From the NCBI GenBank assembly GCA_963728565.1, contig CAVSLC010000010.1, positions 64,001 to 128,000 on the forward strand: 64,000 bases of DNA, in the 5' to 3' direction. The translations under genes were made by a program, and so were the position numbers. This document shows positions 10,740 to 20,142 of the stretch, one piece after another (position 1 is the first letter of the stretch; every line of letters begins with the position of its first letter). A model generated the notes under the pieces. It made no database searches and had not been told where the DNA came from. It saw only the letters and a list, made by a program, of their open reading frames with translations. The DNA is from an uncultured delta proteobacterium (GTDB taxonomy: Bacteria; Desulfobacterota; Binatia; UBA9968).

Positions 10740-11828
10740 TCACAACTCAAGAAATATTTGGATCTGTTGCAGCTCCCGCGCCTTTTCCTCGGGCAGGGCG
10801 TCCATCGCAAAAAATCCTGCAGCCAACTCGGTGCCGGCAAGATACTTGAGCTTGTCCGGTGTGCGGTACGGCGGATAGAACTCGGCATGGAGATGCGATT
10901 CCGGATGGGGCTTGCCGTCGGTAGGCGCCTGGTACCAAGCCATCAGGTATGGAAACGGTCGTTTCCACAAACCGTCGAATTTTAGCAGAACCGTCTTCAG
11001 CGCGCGCGCTAAATCGGCGCGCTGCTCTCCGTTCACATGAGCAAAGTTTTCTACCGGCGCGATCGGCGCGACCCACACCTCATACGGATAGCGCGCGCAT
11101 ACCGGAACGAAAGCGACCGCATGTTCGCCGCTATAGAGCATCCGTGGTCCTGTCAATTCCTTGCTGATGAGATCTTGCAGGACCCCGCTTTGATGGATTT
11201 GGTAATGCGTCACGGCAATCTGCTGCATCCGCGCCGGCACGGGAGGAACCACAGGGTAAGCATAAATCTGACCATGCGGATGATGCAGTGTGACGCCGAC
11301 CTCCGCGCCACGGTTCTCAAACGGCAGCACGTACTCGATACCCGCAAGCTTACCCAAATTCTCGGTTCGGTCCGCCCAAACTTTCAGAACCAACTCCAAA
11401 TGATCGAGAGGCAAAGCACCTAAAGATGAGCGCGTGTCCTGAGTGAAGACAACGACTTCGCATTTTCCTGAAGCCGGAGCGGTCGGGACAATTAGCTCCG
11501 GCGGCTCCCTTGATTGTAGAGACAATGAAGGAAAGCGGTTGTCGAAGACGGCAACATCCCAGTCGCCTGACGGGAGCTCGGTTGGATGCGCCGGGTCGAG
11601 GGTGACAGCCAGAGGATTGTACTCCGGCGGCGGCAAGAATGTGCGGTCCTGCCGATAGGCCGCGTAGGTAATCCACTCGCCGCGCAAAGGATGCCAGCGC
11701 AAATGAGGATTGCCATGCAATGGATCGGGAAACGGGCTCGGCGCTTCAACTTTCCCGGCGCTAAGGGCTTTGCGTCCGTAAAGCGTCAGCTCTCTGCCGT
11801 CAGCCTTGGTGAAAGTCGCTCGATGCAT
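10740..11828 (-). CDS. galT: Galactose-1-phosphate uridylyltransferase
   Basis: FENRGAEVGVTLHHPHGQ (HPHxQ active site), FDNRFPSL and HLHAEFYP. Confidence 0.95.
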   Translation of the reverse strand: MHRATFTKADGRELTLYGRKALSAGKVEAPSPFPDPLHGNPHLRWHPLRGEWITYAAYRQDRTFLPPPEYNPLAVTLDPAHPTELPSGDWDVAVFDNRFPSLSLQSREPPELIVPTAPASGKCEVVVFTQDTRSSLGALPLDHLELVLKVWADRTENLGKLAGIEYVLPFENRGAEVGVTLHHPHGQIYAYPVVPPVPARMQQIAVTHYQIHQSGVLQDLISKELTGPRMLYSGEHAVAFVPVCARYPYEVWVAPIAPVENFAHVNGEQRADLARALKTVLLKFDGLWKRPFPYLMAWYQAPTDGKPHPESHLHAEFYPPYRTPDKLKYLAGTELAAGFFAMDALPEEKARELQQIQIFLEL

Positions 11829-13670
11829 CTAGACTCCGTGGGCTATGTGGCTCCGCGAAGTTTCCGTCGCCTCCCTGATCTCATGGAGGGGGATTTTTGG
11901 CGTCCGGTCGGCGCAGAGAAGTCCGTTGGCTTCCTGAAATGTATCGGTGAACTGGGTGTAACAAAAACCACTGAAGAGAGCCATGCGCGCCACCACATTC
12001 AAGAGCTCGCGATAACGGCGCGCAAACTCCTCCGCGTCCTCGACGACGGAGTAACCCCAGGCGGTTTTTACTCCTGGAGCGCGGCACTTATCGTAAGCAA
12101 TCCCGCCAAACTCAGTTAAGACAATGGGCTGGCCGCGATGAGGATAGCCGTCAAGAGTGAGGATTCGCCCGGCTGGACGCCGACGGTCGAAGAGCTGCTG
12201 AACCGGAATCTCCGGTCCGTAACGCAGGCGAAGGTGTTCGATATTGGCGTCGTAATCGTGAATGCCGATCATATCCGTGGCGCTACTCTCCCAACCGTCG
12301 TTGCCGATCACCGGACGAGTGGCGTCGAGTGTCTTTGTGAGATGATACAAAGCTTCCACCGCATGCCGTTGCTCTGGTGACGAAGGCAAATCCGGCACGC
12401 CCCATGATTCGTTCAATGGCACCCAGACAACCACGCACGGGTGGCTGTAGTCGCGCTCGATCGCTTCGGTCCACTCGCGCACCGTGCGTTTGATCGCGGT
12501 TCGCGTGAACCGATAGGCAGCCGGCATTTCCTCCCAGACAAGCAGCCCAAGTCTGTCAGCCCAGTAGAGGTAACGCGGGTTTTCGATCTTCTGGTGCTTG
12601 CGGACGCCGTTGAAGCCCATCTGCTTGACCAACTCTACATCGTGGCGTAACGCGTCGTCGTTTGGCGCGGCTAGAATCGTATCGGGCCAGTAGCCCTGGT
12701 CCAATACCAGACGAAGCAAATAGGGTCTGCCGTTCAGCACGAATCGATCGCGCACAATCTCGACCGAGCGTAAGGCAGTATACGACTGGCATTGATCGAC
12801 GACCTGGTCGCCGCGTTTCAGGCGGATCTCGGCGTCGAGCAATGTGGGTTGCTCGGGACTCCACAAAATCTCGTTGCGAAAATCATCGATCCCGGGGTCA
12901 GACAAGACAATTCGCCGATTGGCTTCACCGTCCAGCACCTGGTAAGAGTCGCTGGCTAACACTCGGCCATTGTGGCGCAAGTCGATCTCGATTTTGAGGT
13001 CCGGCACCAATTCTCCGGAAACTCTGGCCTCGAAATCCAGCGCGAAGCCAACCATGTGCGGCGTCCAACGAATCTTGCCGATGTACGTCTGCGAGACCCG
13101 CTCCAACCAAACCGTCTGCCAAATTCCAGTTGTGCGGTGATACCAAATCGAGCGGGGTTCGAGATGCCAATCCTGCTTGCCACGAGGTTTGGTTAGATCC
13201 AGCGGATCGTCTTCCACCTGAACGGCGATAGTTTGCTTTTCGGACGGATTGAGCGCCGCGGTAATATCCGCAGAGAAGGGAGTATGACCGCCCTCATGGG
13301 TCGCAACTTCGCGACCGTTTACCCATACCCGGGCGTGATAATCCACCGCGCCAAAATGCAGGATCGTTCGCCCGCTATCGGGCGCCAAGTGAAAGTCCCT
13401 TTCATACCAACACACGCAATGAAAATTACGATCACCGATTCCGCTTTTCTTTGATTCGGGAGGGAACGGCACCTGAATAGTCAGTGGCCATTCTTGAATT
13501 TCCGCGGGGTGCCTAAATTTCTGATCATCGTCGAAACAAAATCTCCAAGGTCCGTTTAAATTGGTCCAATGCTGTCTCTCCAGCTGAGGGCGGGGGTATC
13601 CGGAATCCAAAATATTTTCCTCCGAGATGAAAATTCCGGAATAGTATAACCCACCGCCAACGCTAAACAC
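11829..13670 (-). CDS. Glycoside hydrolase family 2 (beta-galactosidase/glucuronidase-like)
   Basis: HFGAVDY, HEGG, GIWQTVWLE, GFNGVRKHQK, PLNESWG and LTEFGG; start codon uncertain. Confidence 0.9.
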   Translation of the reverse strand: MFSVGGGLYYSGIFISEENILDSGYPRPQLERQHWTNLNGPWRFCFDDDQKFRHPAEIQEWPLTIQVPFPPESKKSGIGDRNFHCVCWYERDFHLAPDSGRTILHFGAVDYHARVWVNGREVATHEGGHTPFSADITAALNPSEKQTIAVQVEDDPLDLTKPRGKQDWHLEPRSIWYHRTTGIWQTVWLERVSQTYIGKIRWTPHMVGFALDFEARVSGELVPDLKIEIDLRHNGRVLASDSYQVLDGEANRRIVLSDPGIDDFRNEILWSPEQPTLLDAEIRLKRGDQVVDQCQSYTALRSVEIVRDRFVLNGRPYLLRLVLDQGYWPDTILAAPNDDALRHDVELVKQMGFNGVRKHQKIENPRYLYWADRLGLLVWEEMPAAYRFTRTAIKRTVREWTEAIERDYSHPCVVVWVPLNESWGVPDLPSSPEQRHAVEALYHLTKTLDATRPVIGNDGWESSATDMIGIHDYDANIEHLRLRYGPEIPVQQLFDRRRPAGRILTLDGYPHRGQPIVLTEFGGIAYDKCRAPGVKTAWGYSVVEDAEEFARRYRELLNVVARMALFSGFCYTQFTDTFQEANGLLCADRTPKIPLHEIREATETSRSHIAHGV

Positions 13671-13957
13671 GAGACAAAAGTTGCGCGCTCCTTAGCGATG
13701 GCGCAGAAGCTCCGAGTAGGAAAAAAGTGTCGCTTCCATCCGAAGAAGTAGTTGAAATGCGGTCCGACGGCAAATGCCGCCCGCCGGCAGATGCTGGGGT
13801 ACTTTTTTACTCGCGGAGCCTTATGATCAATCCCAGGCGCAGGGTCGAGCCCGCTGACGAGCAGGCTCGACCCGAAGAACCTTCACACCGGCCGGAGGCG
13901 ATACTCCGATTGAGATCGTCTCAGCTGGTCGCACCTCTCGGTTGATCTCGTCGGTGA

Positions 13958-14112
13958 GACAGCGCCGAGCCTTTTCCTGCAATTCCACAGCAGATGAAAG
14001 TGATTGAGCTCTTCGCGACAGATCCGCTCCAGCTCTTGAACGGTAGCGCTGCTATCGGCGGTGTCGATGCCTGGGCTTTTTGAATCAAGGTCTCATACAA
14101 ACGCTTGCCGGT
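13958..14112 (-). pseudogene. Fragment of a ferritin-like domain gene
   Basis: TGKRLYETLIQK, a shift, then VQELERICREELNHFHLLWNCRKRLGA (ExxH di-iron helix); no start codon or C-terminal half found. Confidence 0.5.
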
Positions 14113-14291
14113 AAGTCGAGAAGCAATTGTATACCAGAAAATACCTTGCGCTAGTGGCGCGCGCGTATTGCTCGCGAAACAAACCGGCTTCAGTCCGTTA
14201 CGCCTGTGACATATACCAGCGCGATTGCCATGCGAATCGGATTTTGTCGAGGTGTATTCCCGTGAGTCGATAGACTTGATAAGCTGATCTC

Positions 14292-14507
14292 ATGACCAAA
14301 ACACCTAAAGCGCTGCGCTCGGATGCTTACTCCGCACCTGTTGACATATGCGAAGTGGATGGCATCGCTCTCTCCGCGGAAGAAGTGAATCTCGCAAAGC
14401 TGCTGGTTGATAAGTTGGCACGGACTGCGAGGGGCAGCGTGATCGATTTCGGTCGGGCTTCGAAACAGCGCCTAAAGCGAACCAGGTCACCAAATCCCAC
14501 CCGGTAA
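14292..14507 (+). CDS. 71-aa protein resembling C-terminal segments of bacterial Ku
   Basis: EEVNLAKLLVDKLA and VIDFGRASKQRL recall the Ku ELxLAxxLI and VIDLMxALKxSL motifs, followed by a basic tail. Confidence 0.4.
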   Translation: MTKTPKALRSDAYSAPVDICEVDGIALSAEEVNLAKLLVDKLARTARGSVIDFGRASKQRLKRTRSPNPTR

Positions 14508-14684
14508 GTGTCACGGCCGGTTACGGATAGAGCCTCATAGACCCCGATAGCGACTTCAGACATCTTCGCAGAGTTTCCAGCCTAGCAGAACAATTCGTCC
14601 CTTTGATGCACCTTGCATAGATCGTGTTTCGCAGCCCTGCGACATTGATCGAGCTGCTTCGAGCTAAATGCTTGAGCTAAGCGG

Positions 14685-14700
14685 TGGCACAGCCGTTGCG
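14685..14700 (+). promoter_or_regulatory. Sigma-54 -24/-12 promoter
   Basis: TGGCACAGCCGTTGCG (GG-N10-GC), about 87 nt upstream of ATG 14787. Confidence 0.75.
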
Positions 14701-14786
14701 TTGCTACCTGCATTCCCACCGGGCTAACGCTTAATCTCAGATCTCAGAATTCTTTGATCGAGTATTTAAATAAGGAGTGTTTATTT

Positions 14787-15368
14787 ATGGAGAACCAACC
14801 AAGCCAAAGCGCCACGGGTGTAAGCGACGGCGGCGCCGTCCTTATCAATAAGGCGAAGAGCGAGGCCGCCGGAGTGGCGCAGGATGTGAAGCGGCAGGGT
14901 CAGGAACAATTCGAAGCGCGTAAACGGACGGCGGCGGACCAAACTGAAAAGCTGGCCGGCGTGGTCGACCGAGTCTCCGCGGAACTCAAAAGTCAGAATC
15001 AAGAATCATTGGCTGATTACGCGGGTCAGTTGGCAGGCAGTATGAAGGATTTCGCCGAGAGCTTGAGGCAGCGGAATCTCGACGAGCTGGTCAAAGATAC
15101 CCAACAACTGGCGCGCCGCAATCCCACTCTTTTTCTCATGGGAAGTGTAGCGGTCGGCATAGCGCTTTCGAGGTTTTTCAAGGCATCGAGCCAGCGTAGC
15201 GGCGCCGGCCGGTACGACGAATCTGAGCTCTACGGCTCGAGCCAATCGGCCGTACAACCGATCACCTTTGAGTCGCGGCCGTCGGTAATATCCGAATCAG
15301 CGACGACAACACCCTCGTCAACAGCGGAGAGCCCGTCCTTCGCTGACGATCTGGAGAAAGGAGTTTGA
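14787..15368 (+). CDS. Hypothetical general-stress protein (helical, C-terminal membrane anchor)
   Basis: TAAGGAG RBS; ARRNPTLFLMGSVAVGIALSRFFKAS anchor motif typical of genes upstream of holin-X/DUF3618. Confidence 0.8.
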   Translation: MENQPSQSATGVSDGGAVLINKAKSEAAGVAQDVKRQGQEQFEARKRTAADQTEKLAGVVDRVSAELKSQNQESLADYAGQLAGSMKDFAESLRQRNLDELVKDTQQLARRNPTLFLMGSVAVGIALSRFFKASSQRSGAGRYDESELYGSSQSAVQPITFESRPSVISESATTTPSSTAESPSFADDLEKGV

Positions 15369-15370
15369 TC

Positions 15371-15808
15371 ATGGCAAAACAACCGCCATTTCAAGCTACG
15401 CCGGCAAGCGAATCAGCTCGCGTCGACCGGGAACCCGATTCGACAGCCGGCCTGCTAAGTCGTCTCATGGGGGAAGTGTCAACGTTGTTTCGCAAAGAGA
15501 TAGCCCTGGCAAAGGCAGAAGTGTCCGAAGCCGCTTCGGAAGCAAAAGCCGGAGCCGTCAGCCTGGTAGCTGGCGGGGCAATTGTTTTCGCCGCTATTCT
15601 CGTCCTGCTTGGCGCAATTGTCCTGCTGCTGGCCCAAAGGATGGAGCCTTGGTTGGCAGCTCTCATCGTCGCCGTGGTGGTAGGGGTCATTGGCTTTGTG
15701 ACGATCCAAAGCGGCAAGAAGAAGTTAGATCCATTGTCTTTCAAGCCTGAGCGGACTCAGGATGCGCTGCGCAAAGACAAGGAGATGGTTCAAAGGAGGG
15801 CGTCGTGA
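15371..15808 (+). CDS. Holin-X (DUF1469) family membrane protein
   Basis: LFRKEIALAKAE, two TM helices, PERT motif. Confidence 0.85.
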   Translation: MAKQPPFQATPASESARVDREPDSTAGLLSRLMGEVSTLFRKEIALAKAEVSEAASEAKAGAVSLVAGGAIVFAAILVLLGAIVLLLAQRMEPWLAALIVAVVVGVIGFVTIQSGKKKLDPLSFKPERTQDALRKDKEMVQRRAS

Positions 15809-16635
15809 GCGACATAAATAACGCAAGCAACCTCAGAGATGATGCGCGAAAAGATCCGGCAACCCTGGAACGAGAGATCGATCAGACCCGGGCTAACATG
15901 GACCGGACGCTCGGCGCATTGGAACGCAAGTTTTCGCCGGGTCAACTGTTGGATCAGGCAATGGAGTTCGCTCGGGAGAATGGCGGAGAGTTCGCAAACA
16001 ATCTCGGCCGCTCCATTAAGGAGAATCCGGTGCCGGCGCTGTTGACCGCAGTGGGACTCGTCTGGATGGTCGCCTCGAGCAATCGCCCGAGATCGCCGGT
16101 CGCCGATGCTTACGATGACCGCTATGCACGGGATGCTGCCAACGCCGTCGATTTCGACGATACAGGCTATGAGGACGATGCCGGCGATCAGAGGGAAGGG
16201 TTGACCGATAAAGCGCAACGACTCAAAGCCTCTGCCGAGGGAACCTTGAGTGAAGCAGGGCAACGGGTAAAGTCCGCCGCCGCGCAAGCTCGACAGAAGC
16301 TGACAGGCACTAAAGATACAGTGTCAGCGGGACTGAGAAGAACTTCGGGCACCGCACAAGTCCAAACGCAACGAGTGCGTGAGAGTTTCAACAGTCTTCT
16401 CACTGAGCAGCCGCTGCTCCTGGGAGCTTTGGGGATTGCTGTCGGAGCCGCCATCGGCGCTGCTTTGCCGGCGACCGAGCAAGAGGATCGGCTGTTCGGT
16501 TCGGCGCGCGACAAAGCCCTCTCCGAGGTCAAGGAGCGTGGGACCGAAACGTATGAGCAGGTGCGCGACAAGGTTAATGCTGTCGGCCAAGAGGCAAAGC
16601 AATCGATCTCCAATGCGGTCCGGGAATCCACTTAA
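15805..16635 (+). CDS. DUF3618 domain protein
   Basis: LEREIDQTRANMDRTLGALERKFSPGQL, EQPLLLGALGIAVGAAIGAALP and EDRLFG; GTGA overlap with the upstream gene. Confidence 0.85.
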   Translation: MSDINNASNLRDDARKDPATLEREIDQTRANMDRTLGALERKFSPGQLLDQAMEFARENGGEFANNLGRSIKENPVPALLTAVGLVWMVASSNRPRSPVADAYDDRYARDAANAVDFDDTGYEDDAGDQREGLTDKAQRLKASAEGTLSEAGQRVKSAAAQARQKLTGTKDTVSAGLRRTSGTAQVQTQRVRESFNSLLTEQPLLLGALGIAVGAAIGAALPATEQEDRLFGSARDKALSEVKERGTETYEQVRDKVNAVGQEAKQSISNAVREST

Positions 16636-16764
16636 TTGATGTTATTGGACCAAGCCTCACGTCAGACGGTACGAGGCTGCCGTTGAGTCTTATGTTCTGG
16701 GGTTCCGACCCCGGGATGGGCGTTAGTGCCTCTCGAGCTGAAGAGTTGTTCAGGAGTCCGTTAA

Positions 16765-17667
16765 ATGCAACGTAAGTCTATTTTGCAGTTTCTAAAAACC
16801 ACCATCAACGAGTGGGTCGAAGCAGAACCGTTCCAGCTGGCGGCCGCATTATCGTATTACACTCTATTTTCTCTTGCACCACTGCTGCTTATCGCTATCG
16901 GAGTCGCGGGGTTCGTTTTTGGCAGAGAGGCTGCGCAAAATCAGATCGTTGAAACGCTCCAGGGAATGATTGGGCAAGAGAGCGCCCAGACCGTTCAGGA
17001 AATGATCCAGACCTCAAACGAAAAACCGAAAACCGGAATGATCTCTACCGTCATCGGCTTTATCGCCCTTATGTTCGGCGCCGGCGGGGTCGTGGGTCAG
17101 CTGCAAACTTCGCTGAACAAAATTTGGGAAGTGACACCGAAACCGGGCCAGGGCATCTGGGGCTTCTTGCGGCAGCGGTTCTTCTCTTTTGCGATGGTGC
17201 TAGCAATCGGGTTCTTGCTGTTGGTCTCGCTTGTCGTGACCGCTGTTCTGAGTAGCTTCACGTCAATGCTGAGCAGCTTTTTAGGCGACGCGACATTCGT
17301 GGCTCATGCCATTGATATCCTGGTTTCCTTCGGATTTGTCACGTTACTATTTGCCCTGATTTATAAGTACGTGCCGGATGTAGAGATCCAGTGGAGAGAT
17401 GTCTGGGTCGGCGCCGCGTTAACTTCGATACTGTTCACCATAGGGAAGTATCTCATCGGACTCTACATCGGAACCAGCGGCGTCAGCTCGACCTTCGGCG
17501 CCGCGGGTTCGCTGATTACGATTCTCGTCTGGGTCTATTATTCATCTCTGATCTTTTTTCTTGGCGCCGAATTTACCAGAGTGTATGCGACCCAATATGG
17601 ATCCGGCGTTGCCCCTGCTAAAAACGCTCAACCGATGGATGCTGCGCCTCAGTCCGCGAACGCATGA
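16765..17667 (+). CDS. YihY/virulence factor BrkB family membrane protein
   Basis: AAALSYYTLFSLAP, FGAAGSL and WVYYSSLIFFLGAEF. Confidence 0.93.
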   Translation: MQRKSILQFLKTTINEWVEAEPFQLAAALSYYTLFSLAPLLLIAIGVAGFVFGREAAQNQIVETLQGMIGQESAQTVQEMIQTSNEKPKTGMISTVIGFIALMFGAGGVVGQLQTSLNKIWEVTPKPGQGIWGFLRQRFFSFAMVLAIGFLLLVSLVVTAVLSSFTSMLSSFLGDATFVAHAIDILVSFGFVTLLFALIYKYVPDVEIQWRDVWVGAALTSILFTIGKYLIGLYIGTSGVSSTFGAAGSLITILVWVYYSSLIFFLGAEFTRVYATQYGSGVAPAKNAQPMDAAPQSANA

Positions 17668-17811
17668 GAATGGGGGATTTGGGCTGCTTCAGCGAAGATG
17701 AGAGGGTCTATTTTCGCTCACCTAGTTGCATCCAATTTCGTCTCGTCCTTTATTTAAGACGGGATCGGCTTGGCAGGCATTTCGACCAAGAGGACAGGGA
17801 CGGAACGAAGT

Positions 17812-17949
17812 TCAATATGCCGCGCGCCAGTTTACTACCCAACCGTAAACCGCCAACCAGAAGAGCATGCAGGTTCCGAGAATAACCGCCCAACCGGCGA
17901 GCCACTGCAGAAGTGAAAGCGGGTTTTCCAATTCCTGATGTCCGTCCAT
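17812..17949 (-). CDS. 45-aa single-pass membrane protein
   Basis: GGAGG RBS before MDGHQELENPLSLLQWLAGWAVILGTCMLFWLAVYGW. Confidence 0.55.
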   Translation of the reverse strand: MDGHQELENPLSLLQWLAGWAVILGTCMLFWLAVYGWVVNWRAAY

Positions 17950-18249
17950 CGTTGACCTCCAGTCATCGTGTGGGAAGGAGCATACATAAAGGGCAGATAT
18001 GTGCCCCGTTGCCTTGTAAATGCAATTGTCACACCTAAACGAAACGACATAGAAGCTCAAAACAGGGCTAGCGCTCAGAGTTTTCGGCAGGATTGCGTGT
18101 AGGATATTGTCGTGATGATCTTCTGAATGCGCAGGGGCAAGAAATTTCCGCTGGGGGGCAGGAGTCAGCGGTCATCAGTAACGGGTCGAGCTTCCTCCCG
18201 CTGAAGCCAACCGCCTGAATGCTATTCCAATATTAATTCAAGAAGCTGA

Positions 18250-18489
18250 TCAGCCCATCGGGATCAGGAATATTTTCCTGCCATCCCTTTGAGCATACTG
18301 TCGTCCAATTTTAGGGCAGTGCACCCGTTTTTCCCTTAACTCTGCAATAATTGCGGGAGGATCTTTATTGGCAAAAGCCTCCTCGATGCTTTGTTTGCTG
18401 GCCGGCCCTCCATTTAAGCTGACAGTAATGCCAGTCGTATGCAGATCACCACATGCATTGCACACGGCACAGACGTTATACATAGCCAT
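18250..18489 (-). CDS. Small Cys-rich putative Zn-ribbon protein
   Basis: GGAGG RBS; CNACGDLH...HCPKIG. Confidence 0.7.
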   Translation of the reverse strand: MAMYNVCAVCNACGDLHTTGITVSLNGGPASKQSIEEAFANKDPPAIIAELREKRVHCPKIGRQYAQRDGRKIFLIPMG

Positions 18490-18577
18490 GCTGATACCCT
18501 CCGGTTCGCAGTTCCAGCTAAGAAAACCAATCGCCTGTTACTTCGCCGCGTTTGTTTATTCCAGGTTTGCTGCTCAG

Positions 18578-18769
18578 CTACCCCCTTTTAAGTTGAAGTT
18601 CGTCTAAATTAATCTCGCGCGTTTCGAGCCCAAGTTCTCGCGCCTTCTGATTGCATGGATGACACACAAGCATATTGAGCAGTACGCCACCCGGATCCTC
18701 GCTGATCACACGGTAGGCTTTGCCCGTAAGCGTTCGCTCGCAGTGATCGCAAAATAATTCCCTGGCCAT
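18578..18769 (-). CDS. Small CxxC...CxxC Zn-binding protein
   Basis: MARELFCDHC...LVCHPC. Confidence 0.7.
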   Translation of the reverse strand: MARELFCDHCERTLTGKAYRVISEDPGGVLLNMLVCHPCNQKARELGLETREINLDELQLKRG

Positions 18770-18782
18770 GATGAATACGGCG

Positions 18783-18798
18783 AGCAAGGCATATGCCA
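18783..18798 (-). promoter_or_regulatory. Sigma-54 -24/-12 promoter
   Basis: Minus strand TGGCATATGCCTTGCT, immediately upstream of ATG 18769. Confidence 0.7.
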
Positions 18799-19184
18799 TC
18801 TACTAACAAGAAAAAAGATTCTACTTTTGTCGATGATTTCTTCCTCCGCTCAAGAAAAATCGCACTGCTAACAGTTTCCTGAGGGCTCGGCGTCGCGTTG
18901 TTGCGAATGGAATCCCCATTCTGAACTGTAGGCTCGAGCTTCACCAGTTCGCGAGATCACAAACGAGACACTATTGGCCGATCAGAGGAGAAACCCCGCA
19001 AGGAACAGCTAAGTTGATGGGATCGTCGCTGGCTGCTGTACCAATTGTCAGCGAACCACGTCGTACGGCTAAACTGCGGGTCAAGCTGCTATAAGGGGAT
19101 AGCCCGGAACAATATTGACCAAACGGACGAGCTATGATTCGCCACAGGCGCTGATCAGCTGACTGTCATAACTATGCTAACCAA

Positions 19185-20039
19185 CTACACTGATAACCGA
19201 AAGGTAAATTCATGTGAGCGATCTTCACTGGTTTTTCCGCGGGTCTGGTCGTTCACGTATCGATATTTCGACAGTGGGAATTTGCGAGAGGGGACGACCG
19301 GCCAGGCAACTACTTCCTGGAGCCGCGCGAAGTGAGCCAACGGTCTTTGTTCCGGTAGCTCGATTCCGGTCGACTGCGTCATCGTGTTCACGTCCAACTT
19401 CACTTCGGCATGTTGGAGAGCCCAGGGGGGATGATGAATCTCGCCAAAAACCACTCGATCCGGATTCAATGCGGTGAACAGGCAGTACCTCTCGGTGAGC
19501 CAATAATCGAGCGTGCCTGGAGTAGCTCGATACATCGGTCCGGCAGGCGCATAATCGGCGCGGAACTCCGCGCGTGCAGAGTTCTTGTGCTTGCGGACGC
19601 TGTCATAACGAATAATGTCCGCGACAGATTCGACTTTCATGCGCGCGTCGTAATAGGGCAAGCCAAGCCACCGCGCCACTCTAACGGCAACCCAACTCGC
19701 CGCATCGAGACTGAAAAACCATACGCCGCTTTTCCCCGCTGTTTTTACATAGGTTCGGACGTTGAGCTCCGCTAATGACAGTGGCAGCGGAACGTAACGG
19801 GGCCTAACGCCACTCATGTGGAACGGAACGATTCCGATCCAGGACCATCCGTCAAAGGTATCGAGCTCGACCGCTTTGGGGATCAGCGGTCTGATGTATT
19901 CAGGTCGAATCGGCCAATGAAGGAACAGCACATCATGCCAGCGCATGAACATCACCCAGGGGGATTTTGGTAGCGGCCAAGGCCGGTGCGAAGATTGGTC
20001 CGTCACCGGCGGCAGGCGCAAACTGCAACTCGAACTCAT
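19185..20039 (-). CDS. DUF2071 (YqjF) family protein
   Basis: WHDVLFLHW, ELNVRTYV, GVWFFSLDA and WLTERYCL. Confidence 0.9.
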   Translation of the reverse strand: MSSSCSLRLPPVTDQSSHRPWPLPKSPWVMFMRWHDVLFLHWPIRPEYIRPLIPKAVELDTFDGWSWIGIVPFHMSGVRPRYVPLPLSLAELNVRTYVKTAGKSGVWFFSLDAASWVAVRVARWLGLPYYDARMKVESVADIIRYDSVRKHKNSARAEFRADYAPAGPMYRATPGTLDYWLTERYCLFTALNPDRVVFGEIHHPPWALQHAEVKLDVNTMTQSTGIELPEQRPLAHFARLQEVVAWPVVPSRKFPLSKYRYVNDQTRGKTSEDRSHEFTFRLSV

Positions 20040-20142
20040 TGTAGTTGCGCCCGCTGCGAACGCGCCATCAATAACTCCCGTCGATTCACAGCTTGGAAGG
20101 TCATAGGGCTGGTAACGCCACGGCGCGTTGATCGGTGAACAT

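Noticed and set aside
15371-15808. 'Phage holin' as evidence of a prophage
   Set aside because: Holin-X/DUF3618/YihY is a common stress-associated cassette; no phage genes, integrase or att sites are present.
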